Source of the DNA: an uncultured delta proteobacterium
Lineage (GTDB): Bacteria; Desulfobacterota; Desulfobacteria; Desulfobacterales; SG8-13
NCBI GenBank assembly: GCA_963848135.1
Contig: CAWKCK010000002.1
Span: 310,001 to 374,000, forward strand
Direction: 5' to 3'
DNA: 64,000 nt
This document shows positions 42,207-49,995 of this stretch, one piece after another. Under the pieces are notes generated by a model that was not told the origin of the DNA, did not search any database, and saw only the letters and a program-made list of their open reading frames with translations. A program made the translations under genes and the position numbers. Every line of letters starts with the position of its first letter. Positions within the stretch are counted from its first letter, which is position 1.

Positions 42207-42947
42207 CTAATTTGAAGATGCTTGCGTTTTCGTGCACGCTATAGCCGCTTTTAAATCCAATGTTCCTGCGTAAAGGGCCTTTCCGGTAATAACTCCCACC
42301 ACGCCGGCGTCGCTCAGAGGCAGAAGATTTTTGATGTCCTCGATCGATGATACACCGCCAGAAGCCACAATGGGAATCGAAACCGATTCGGCCAGGCGAC
42401 GGGTCGCTTCGATATTGGGGCCGGTTTGCATGCCATCCCGATGAATATCCGTGAAGTTGATTGCAGCTACCGAGTGGCCTTCAAACATTCGCGCCAGGTC
42501 AACTGCGGTGATGCGGGTTGTTTCGGTCCAGCCTTCCACGGCCGCCATGCCGTCTCGGGCATCGATGCCAATGATGATTCTATCAGGATATTTGCGGCAG
42601 ATCTTTTTTACCCGCGACGGGTCCCGTATCGCTTCGGTACCGATGATCACTCTGGCCGCCCCGGCAGACAGATAAGTCTGGATGGTACTTTCGTCGCGGA
42701 TGCCCCCACCCACCTGAATGTCGGCATTGATGCTGGCGATAATTTTTCTAATCGTCTCGAGGTTTTTCGGTTTTTTCTCAAAAGCACCATCCAAGTCTAC
42801 GACATGGATAATCTCCGCCCCTTCTTCAGCCCAGCGTCTTGCCATAGCGACCGGATCCTCGGAAAACACGGTCACGTCTTCCTTCCGGCCCTGTAACAGT
42901 CGCACGCATTTACCAGATTTTATGTCCACCGCCGGTATAACAATCAT
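42207..42947 (-). CDS. hisA: ProFAR isomerase (histidine biosynthesis)
   Basis: IPAVDIK.GKCVRL.QG, HVVDLDGA, QVGGGIR, TDI.RDG and ASGGV. Confidence 0.97.
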   Translation of the reverse strand: MIVIPAVDIKSGKCVRLLQGRKEDVTVFSEDPVAMARRWAEEGAEIIHVVDLDGAFEKKPKNLETIRKIIASINADIQVGGGIRDESTIQTYLSAGAARVIIGTEAIRDPSRVKKICRKYPDRIIIGIDARDGMAAVEGWTETTRITAVDLARMFEGHSVAAINFTDIHRDGMQTGPNIEATRRLAESVSIPIVASGGVSSIEDIKNLLPLSDAGVVGVITGKALYAGTLDLKAAIACTKTQASSN

Positions 42948-43669
42948 GGATTTGGAAAACTCTCAAAAATTTGTTCGAGTCCGGCATCCGCCATTTCGTC
43001 CGCTGTAACCCAGCGGCCTTTTCGACGGAAGAAATCCGACGCCTTAAAAAGATCTTCAGCCAAGGACTGCTGGGTTTCATCGACATAGCCGGACCACAGA
43101 TCAACTCCGTCCACCACCCGTATCAAATGTACGCTCAAAGCGACGGAAGCCGGGCTTTTTGCGGCAAGATTTGTGCCGATCCGGTCATCATAACGATATA
43201 TGTACCCGGTTAGAACCGCTTCCGCACCAACGGTTTGACCGGCACGGGTGATAATTTGACGTTCCGGAATTTGTTCGGCGCTGTGGTTTATTGTTCGATC
43301 CTGAACGAGTATTACGGCATTCGAATGCTGCCGCAGTATATCGGCCGTTAGTTGGGTCAATCGATCACTAGTGTCGGGGGGAACCTGTCCGGCTTCAAAA
43401 TAATTACCGCACAAGGGGCATTTGATCAGCGCTTTCTCACCATGGATAGCGCTCTCATCAGTAAAGGTCAAAACCAGAACTGTTTTAATGTCGCTCATCG
43501 TAACCGCTTGATCCGTTTTGACCCGTGTGTCTACGCAACCTGTCAACAGCATAACGACGCCGAGAGCACTAGCCAATCTGCGAAAAATTTTTCGAAAACG
43601 ATTCATAGATGCGGTATCCGAATGGGTAGCCTTGGGCTCTGCAGATGTAAGAGGTTTCGAAGTGAGCAA
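42944..43669 (-). CDS. Putative lipoprotein
   Basis: Lipobox LLTGC after a basic/hydrophobic segment (likely start MNRFRK). Sits between hisB and hisA. Confidence 0.7.
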   Translation of the reverse strand: MLTSKPLTSAEPKATHSDTASMNRFRKIFRRLASALGVVMLLTGCVDTRVKTDQAVTMSDIKTVLVLTFTDESAIHGEKALIKCPLCGNYFEAGQVPPDTSDRLTQLTADILRQHSNAVILVQDRTINHSAEQIPERQIITRAGQTVGAEAVLTGYIYRYDDRIGTNLAAKSPASVALSVHLIRVVDGVDLWSGYVDETQQSLAEDLFKASDFFRRKGRWVTADEMADAGLEQIFESFPNP

Positions 43670-43695
43670 CTAAACATCCTGTCAGACTTGGCCCC

Positions 43696-44283
43696 TCAAA
43701 GTGCCCCCTTAGACGATCGAACGCCAATGATCCGCTCATCGGTTTGAGCGGCCACGCTCAACGCCCGTGCCGTTGCTTTGAAAATCGACTCAATGACATG
43801 GTGTGCATTGTCGCCATAGTGAACATTAATATGCAGGTTCATGCCCCCCCGGTTGGCAAAGGCTCGGAAGAATTCTTTGGCCAGGGCGACATCGAAATGC
43901 TCACCAGAGCCCTGCAGCCCGTCAACATTGTATACCAGGAAAGGACGATTTGACAGGTCTACGGTGACGCTCGTCAATGCCTCGTCCATCGGCGCAACCG
44001 AATGTCCGTAGCGCCGGATTCCCTTGCGACTACCCAGGGCTTGATTGAAGACATCACCCAATACAAGACCGACGTCTTCAACCGTGTGGTGGTGATCGAC
44101 AGCAAGGTCTCCGGTCGCATTTACGGTAAGGTCAAAAAGGCCATGGGCAGCACATAAGGTCAACATGTGATCAAAAAATGGTATGCCGGTGGAGATATCG
44201 TATTTTCCGGAGCCGTCGAGATCAATCAAGATACGTACCTGGGTCTCTTTGGTCATCCGTTCCGCTTCTGCTGATCGGCCCAT
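43696..44283 (-). CDS. hisB: Imidazoleglycerol-phosphate dehydratase
   Basis: R.TKETQ, TGIPFFDHML, DHHHTVED and N.HH..E..FKA. Confidence 0.97.
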   Translation of the reverse strand: MGRSAEAERMTKETQVRILIDLDGSGKYDISTGIPFFDHMLTLCAAHGLFDLTVNATGDLAVDHHHTVEDVGLVLGDVFNQALGSRKGIRRYGHSVAPMDEALTSVTVDLSNRPFLVYNVDGLQGSGEHFDVALAKEFFRAFANRGGMNLHINVHYGDNAHHVIESIFKATARALSVAAQTDERIIGVRSSKGAL

Positions 44284-44509
44284 TTCATCATCTCTCCTTT
44301 GGATTTGATTCGGAATAACTGATAATAATTACTACAGATACGGATGGCAAGTCAAGTCTCAAATCCTCTGTCAAACTCAGGTCTATAAACATTTTCACCG
44401 TTGCGAAGCCTCTCTTTGCAACCGGACTTGCAAAGATCCTCATATTGGCATAATGAAGGACCACTTTGTATTCATCCACATCGAAATCTGCTAAAATTCG
44501 GGAAAGCCA

Positions 44510-44707
44510 ATGGGCCCAGTGCAAAAACAACACTGCAATGATTACTTGGACTGCACGCGGTACAAAGGTCGCCCCCGCAAGCACGTGGCGGTTTGCAAAA
44601 AATGCAACTGGCGAAACGGCTGCGCTGCATACGGCCGCTACCGGCAACCTGAACTCCCCTTCAGTCTTTCGGTTGACTCACACCACCGCAGAAGCCGCAA
44701 TATTTGA
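44510..44707 (+). CDS. Small Cys-rich basic hypothetical protein
   Basis: C-X8-H-X3-CxxC-X5-C-like ligand pattern followed by QPELPF. No family recognised. Confidence 0.45.
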   Translation: MGPVQKQHCNDYLDCTRYKGRPRKHVAVCKKCNWRNGCAAYGRYRQPELPFSLSVDSHHRRSRNI

Positions 44708-45170
44708 ACGATCCTGTCTCAGAGAAGGAATGGCGCAAACGTATATGATTTCAAAGTGCCAAAGCCGATAGCGCCACATTTTATTGAGAGGTAAAATCTA
44801 ACGGCATTTGTTCTGCCTGCACTTTCCAGATTCTACCTGTGCTTGCACGCAATCACAGTGCCCCCTAATCTGTTTCCGATAATGCATGCACCGATCACCG
44901 CTGGAAGATTTTTGAGAAAAATGGCAATATTGTTGATTCTCCCACAGTTTACCGGCTGCACATCTGTACATAATACCGAACTCGCAATAGTTGTGACATC
45001 GAAGTTTGAGTCTTCCTCCGGCGAACGTGACCGATTTGTCGCTATTCCCCAGATCATCTGTAAACACAGCTCTCTACCCTATTTAATCCGTGTCCCGTTG
45101 CCCACATGCGTCTCCCAGAGCAAAGCGCCCATCGGTAATTCCTCGGTTAAGTGTGTGAATTGAGAAGCGC

Positions 45171-45285
45171 AAAAAAACGGGTGGTCCACGAATGAACCAC
45201 CCGCCAAAGGAAGTCAGAGGCAAGAGCACGAATGTCGATTCGTTCTCTTGGAAAGGATTGCGATTGATTTAACGCATCCTTCTGA
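45171..45285 (-). ncRNA. sRNA candidate 1
   Basis: Two hairpins, an ACTTCCTTT tract, then terminator CGGGTGGT...ACCACCCG-T7. TGTAAC-N15-GTCT lies upstream. Confidence 0.5.
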
Positions 45286-45333
45286 TATTTTAAAGACCGA
45301 CGGCGTGAATAAGTTACAAAATATATCTTTTTG

Positions 45334-45480
45334 AAAAAAAGGCGCAAGGAGATATGGAAAGGCTCTGGAACCCCCCGGTGCCTTACGGTTACCGGTCTCC
45401 TTGCGCCGTAAGGAGGAAAGATGAATGCAGAAATTGACTTGCACACCTTTCTGAACAGCCCGGGCTAATTGACTGTTCTA
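45334..45480 (-). ncRNA. sRNA candidate 2
   Basis: Short hairpins, a CTTTCCTCCTT tract, then a 12-bp stem GGCGCAAGGAGA/TCTCCTTGCGCC with T7. TGTAAC-N15-GGCT lies upstream. Confidence 0.5.
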
Positions 45481-45622
45481 AAATAATGAGCCACTCAATG
45501 GTCGTCGGTTACACATGCTGGGAATTATATGAATCTATAAATCACTTTCAAATTTGCCACCCGTCGCGCCCCGCAAACAATTCAGATCGGCAGCGACTTG
45601 CCTCCGTTTTTTTATGCGGCCA

Positions 45623-45925
45623 TCATTCACCCCCTTTGTCACCTCCCATCGGTGTATCTTTAAATGGCCACCATGGGTTTAATTCTTCTATCGCATCAAA
45701 AAATTCATCGTAGTTCACCCCATGAAGTTCTGCAAGAGGTCTATAGAATTTCTCCGTGTGCGGATGGTACCTGTTTTGGGCCAACTTGCTCATAAGCTGC
45801 TCAATTGTAGTATCGTGAAATCCACAGAGTGGAATGATAACGGCCGAATGTATAAAGAGCCTCTGTTTTAACACCTTGATTTCATCTTTTAATTGCTTTA
45901 TTTCAGCCCTGACATCATCCATCAT
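45623..45925 (-). CDS. Hypothetical protein (N-terminal coiled coil), islet gene
   Basis: ATGA start/stop overlap with the upstream gene. Confidence 0.6.
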   Translation of the reverse strand: MMDDVRAEIKQLKDEIKVLKQRLFIHSAVIIPLCGFHDTTIEQLMSKLAQNRYHPHTEKFYRPLAELHGVNYDEFFDAIEELNPWWPFKDTPMGGDKGGE

Positions 45926-46536
45926 TCGCTCTCTTTCCAAACGCACTTTAATTTTAGGTCAGGCGGTATCAGGCATATAAATTCACTTTCGTCTCGATCT
46001 TCACAGTAGGCATAAACAAGCTCTCTTGGCACTTTAGCCCTGAATACAGCCGGTTTAGCCAAATCTTCAAAACGGCAGGCAAACCATTTTGCCCTGTCAG
46101 GGTTCGATGTCCACGAAATGCCGCGTAATCGTCGTGCCACCCCGTGTCCGGATACGCCACGGTACAGGGTAAAATTTTCGTCATCCGGCAGGTTGTCGCC
46201 CTCAGCAATAAGCTTATTTCGGTCAGCCTGCTCTAAAAGAAACCGCAGGGTTTTTAGAGGCAAGTGATAAAGATTCACAAGGGTGTCAGTCAAAGCAAAT
46301 AAAAGAGCTTCTTCATACATTCCAGTCTGCTTAAGCGGTTTCCAATTATCAAGCACAAATGAAACCTCTCCATTGCTTCCACATTCCACTAACACACCCA
46401 CGATATTGCCGGCTTCAATATATTCTTGCGCCTCTATTCGACGATAGTCCGGTGTGATATCCGGAAACTTATTGCGGATTACTTCAATAATTTCGGGTCT
46501 CTCGAGCGGTATCGCCCTAAAGTTCCATTCCATCAC
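45922..46536 (-). CDS. Hypothetical protein with putative ADP-ribosyltransferase (R-S-E) fold
   Basis: TLYRG, GISWT and DESEF appear in ART-like order and spacing. GGGGGGA RBS. Confidence 0.6.
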   Translation of the reverse strand: MMEWNFRAIPLERPEIIEVIRNKFPDITPDYRRIEAQEYIEAGNIVGVLVECGSNGEVSFVLDNWKPLKQTGMYEEALLFALTDTLVNLYHLPLKTLRFLLEQADRNKLIAEGDNLPDDENFTLYRGVSGHGVARRLRGISWTSNPDRAKWFACRFEDLAKPAVFRAKVPRELVYAYCEDRDESEFICLIPPDLKLKCVWKESE

Positions 46537-46551
46537 GTCCCCCCTTCATCT

Positions 46552-46746
46552 CTATATTTCCTTTTTTTGCCGCCGGTCCCGGTCACGGGACTTCGCAAAC
46601 CGCTTAAGCGATGATTCCATGACAAGCCATGTTTTGCCGATTTTGACGCCTTTCAAGCGGTTGGATAATAAAAATTGACGGACCCGGCTATCATTGACGC
46701 CCAAGAACTCTCCCGCCTGCTTCGTTGTCATGTAACCGCGTATCAT
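46552..46746 (-). CDS. Excisionase-like helix-turn-helix protein (HTH_17 type)
   Basis: YMTTKQAGEFLGV..SRVRQ....RLKGVKIGKTWLV. Confidence 0.8.
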   Translation of the reverse strand: MIRGYMTTKQAGEFLGVNDSRVRQFLLSNRLKGVKIGKTWLVMESSLKRFAKSRDRDRRQKKEI

Positions 46747-46815
46747 TATCGCACCCAGTTGTATTTAATGCATATTGTCATCCAACGAATAACGTTACCG
46801 TTAGGATATGTCAAC

Positions 46816-46849
46816 AAAAAACCGGCCGGCGATAAAACCGACCGGTTTT
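46816..46849. terminator. Terminator-like hairpin
   Basis: AAAACCGG...CCGGTTTT flanked by A/T runs. Confidence 0.55.
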
Positions 46850-46864
46850 CACATTGAGGTTCCG

Positions 46865-47278
46865 TTAGGTGTTTATCATCATCTTACCCCGTATCTTTTG
46901 GTCGACATAGGGAAAATGCAACTCGTTCTTGTCACCTTTAAGGTTATATTTTTTTAATAATTCTGAATTTTTGTCAGCATGATTATCGCGATCTTTTTTA
47001 TGGTTACGATTTAGGATGTAGTTACGCGCTTCCCATGGTGTGTATGTCGAATAATTCAGCCGATCTTTGAGTTGTTGAATAAACAGCCATTGACCACGGG
47101 TCGTTAGAAAGAGCTTTTCGTTTCTGATAAATACGACAAGTTCCGCGCCTTCAAGCATGTGTTCAAGGTCGATCGTATTCGTCTCTTTGCCTTCACGGCC
47201 GGTTTGCGCTTTTAATTCTGGATCTGTCTTTTTTTTCTCGCCATTAAAAACTTCTCGACAAGCCAAAAAGCAAAACAT
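46865..47278 (-). CDS. Hypothetical AT-rich protein (start uncertain)
   Basis: 137-aa ORF in the AT-rich islet. No family recognised. Confidence 0.45.
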   Translation of the reverse strand: MFCFLACREVFNGEKKKTDPELKAQTGREGKETNTIDLEHMLEGAELVVFIRNEKLFLTTRGQWLFIQQLKDRLNYSTYTPWEARNYILNRNHKKDRDNHADKNSELLKKYNLKGDKNELHFPYVDQKIRGKMMINT

Positions 47279-47592
47279 ATTAATACGAAATAAATCAGAT
47301 AGTTATTATCCCACATGGCACCACCATACGGCAAATTGTTATATCACTTATAGGAGGATTTGCAGGTAATCACGTAACATATCGCAAGATCAGGCGAAAG
47401 AGGGAGTGGAAAGATTGAACACGCTTCGAAAAATGTAACTATTTTTGGAACCAAGAAATAAATACTCAACCGATAAAAGGCTTCAATATCCTTTTCTAAC
47501 AGGTTGTGTTTCTCAAGGGCTTTATCCGCATGGCTTCATTGAAAACAGGTTTATGCATCTCTTCTTTCGGCGCCCATACATTGACCAAAGTC

Positions 47593-47621
47593 AAAAGGCC
47601 GGACGCTTTCGAATCCGGCCT
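47593..47621 (-). terminator. Terminator downstream of tRNA-Ala
   Basis: Minus strand AGGCCGGA-loop-TCCGGCCT followed by TTT. Confidence 0.7.
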
Positions 47622-47638
47622 AAATTATTGATTTTGTT

Positions 47639-47714
47639 TGGTGGAGATGAAGGGATTTGAACCCTCGACCTCAGCGTTGCGAACGCTGCGCTCTCCCAGC
47701 TGAGCTACATCCCC
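47639..47714 (-). tRNA. tRNA-Ala (anticodon CGC)
   Basis: GGGGATGTAGCTCAG...CAGCG-TTCGCAA-CGCTG...GGTTCAAATCC...CATCTCCACCA, with a G3-U70 pair. Confidence 0.95.
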
Positions 47715-48192
47715 ACAAGCCATGGTCCTAAAGCTTAACAAAGAAAAAGTTACCGGTCAATTTAAAATCAGCATATCCATAAACTACTTGAGAGCGTCTT
47801 GTTTGGCGCCGTTTTTATCGCCAGCATAAGCCTTCTCTATCATGTAACGGCCGATGCAAGCCATGTGGAGGTGATACTATCCGATCCTGATTTCGTCAGC
47901 AGTGTATGGACTTTAACGTATCATCAGAGAACGATTAATCAATTTCAAAGGATGCCACCCTTACGGACCCAAATATGTACCGGTTCCCAATCGGAAATGT
48001 ATCTGCTATGGTGAAGCCCCCATTCGGAGGTGGTCGCGATCTTGCCTTGTCGCCCATAGTCCTATCGCGACAATTTTGAAAAATATATATCACTCACGCT
48101 GCACAATTTCACGGGGATAGAATCCCAAGCCCCGTAGTGGCATAAAAACCGCGCGATTGACAATATTATTTTGCACGCCACGGAGACGCAAC

Positions 48193-49926
48193 ATGAAAAG
48201 CAGGATTCAACTCAAGGATGCATTCAAAACCTATACCCATGACCAGGATAAGATTTTTCCCCCTGAGGTAACCGTCAAGCGCTTGAAAGAAAAACTTAAG
48301 CACTTAGAACTGAAAATTCTCGAACGGACGGTTAGAATAGACAAAGGACGATTGGATATCCCGGTTTTCTTCAGCTACTGCGGCAAGGATGCCGCGGATC
48401 TCACCGGAACGAAAAAACAAATGGGCAAGGGAGCCACACCCGAGCAGGCGGAAGCCAGTGCCGTTATGGAACTGGCCGAACGATTCAGCTTCTTTAGTTT
48501 TACCAACAATCCCGGTAATTTTATCTCGGCTCAATTTCGAGATATGGGCAAAGAAGCCCTTCCTTTCGAATTGATTGCCAAATCCGTCCATGACAATTCA
48601 TCGGACCTGGAGGCTTCACGCAGTATATTCGAGACACTTCCGTTAACATGGACCCGGGCATACAATCTCACAAGTCAAGAGGAATTGATGGTCCCGTTCG
48701 ACTGGTTTTACGCGATCAACGCATTCAACGGACCATCTGCCGGCAACTGTACCGAGGAGGCGCTCTGCCAAGGAATCTGTGAAATTGTCGAGCGGCACAC
48801 ATCATCACTTGTCAGTCATAACCGGCTCGCTTGCCCCGCAATTGATCCGGAATCCGCTAAAGACGCATTGGTTGTCGAGATGCTCAAAAAATACCGTGAG
48901 GCCGGGATTAAGGTTTACCTGACCGACTTTTCGCTGGACATGGGCATTCCGACTGTCGGTGCACTGGCTTATGACCCATCGACCTTTCCAGCAAAAAGTG
49001 AAATCGTTTGGACTGCCGGAACAACGCCGAACCCTGAAAAAGCGCTCAGCCGTGCGCTGACCGAAGTGGCGCAGCTGGCTGGTGATTTCAACAGTGGAAC
49101 CAATTATGTCGCCAGTGGCTTACCCAAATTTACCCGGATCGACGACGCCGCTTTTGTCACACACAGCGATACAGTCGTCCAGATTTCAGATCTTCCGGAC
49201 ATTTCATCGGACAACGTCCGCATAGAGGTAGAGAATTGCATTTCCGAATTGATTGCCAGGGATTTCCCGGTCATCGCTGTCGATACGACCCACACGTTGC
49301 TCAATGTACCGGCTTTTTACACAATCGTTCCCGGCGCTCACTTCAGGGAGCGGGCATTGAATACCAGTGTCGGCATGTTTTCCGCCAAATTGGCCACTGA
49401 TAAACTCGCCCCTCAGGATGCCATTCACACTCTGGAAACCTTCGATCGGAAACTTCCCGGAAAATATTACATCAGCTTCTATCTGGGTGTATGTCACCTG
49501 AAACTGAGTGCACCGGCAGAGGCCTTGATTCATTTCCAGGGTGCGCTCGAGCGTAAACCGAACCACCAGGATATTGCCGCAATCTATTCATACATGGGCG
49601 TATCCTACAGAGATATGGGACAGTATCGTCAGGCGTTGACTGCCCTGAAGGCGGGCGAAAAATATGATCAGGAACGAACGGACATATACAATCTGATGGG
49701 TTACTGTTATTTCAAATTAAAGCAGCACGAAGAGGCCATCCGTTGTTTTGAGAGGGTCATCGCACTCGATCCCTCTTCTGCAATCGATTACGCCAACATC
49801 GCATCCAATTACCGTGACCTCGGACAAAAGGAGAAGGCGATTCGATATTATGTAATGGCGCTCGAAATCGATCCTTCGATTACCTTTGCACAGCAAAACC
49901 TTGAAAAAATGGTAAAGGATCTGTAG
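48193..49926 (+). CDS. YcaO-family protein with C-terminal TPR repeats
   Basis: GKG...ASAVMELAERFS, NG.SAGN..EEA..QGICEIVER and RALTEVAQ, followed by several TPRs. Confidence 0.9.
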   Translation: MKSRIQLKDAFKTYTHDQDKIFPPEVTVKRLKEKLKHLELKILERTVRIDKGRLDIPVFFSYCGKDAADLTGTKKQMGKGATPEQAEASAVMELAERFSFFSFTNNPGNFISAQFRDMGKEALPFELIAKSVHDNSSDLEASRSIFETLPLTWTRAYNLTSQEELMVPFDWFYAINAFNGPSAGNCTEEALCQGICEIVERHTSSLVSHNRLACPAIDPESAKDALVVEMLKKYREAGIKVYLTDFSLDMGIPTVGALAYDPSTFPAKSEIVWTAGTTPNPEKALSRALTEVAQLAGDFNSGTNYVASGLPKFTRIDDAAFVTHSDTVVQISDLPDISSDNVRIEVENCISELIARDFPVIAVDTTHTLLNVPAFYTIVPGAHFRERALNTSVGMFSAKLATDKLAPQDAIHTLETFDRKLPGKYYISFYLGVCHLKLSAPAEALIHFQGALERKPNHQDIAAIYSYMGVSYRDMGQYRQALTALKAGEKYDQERTDIYNLMGYCYFKLKQHEEAIRCFERVIALDPSSAIDYANIASNYRDLGQKEKAIRYYVMALEIDPSITFAQQNLEKMVKDL

Positions 49927-49995
49927 ACCCGGTCACCGACGCCAAAAGGCCTTAACATGGGCCCGCCTTATCCCCCGGCTGTTTTCCGGCGGGCT

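Larger units (their letters stand above)
45600..47638. mobile_element. Degenerate genomic islet at the 3' end of tRNA-Ala (no integrase seen)
   Basis: Visibly more AT-rich than its flanks, orphan ORFs, an excisionase-like HTH, and an IHF-consensus site next to the tRNA end. Confidence 0.55.

Noticed and set aside
45410..45468. Plus-strand AAGGAGG followed by a 15-codon ORF (MNAEIDLHTFLNSPG), or a GGA-rich CsrA-sponge reading
   Set aside because: Terminator polarity and the upstream motifs indicate minus-strand transcription, so the SD-like text is the complement of the anti-SD tract. Not fully excluded.
46542..46552. CCCTTCATCTC matching the tRNA-Ala 3' region as an att site
   Set aside because: Only 11 bp, in inverted rather than direct orientation, and it overlaps an RBS region.
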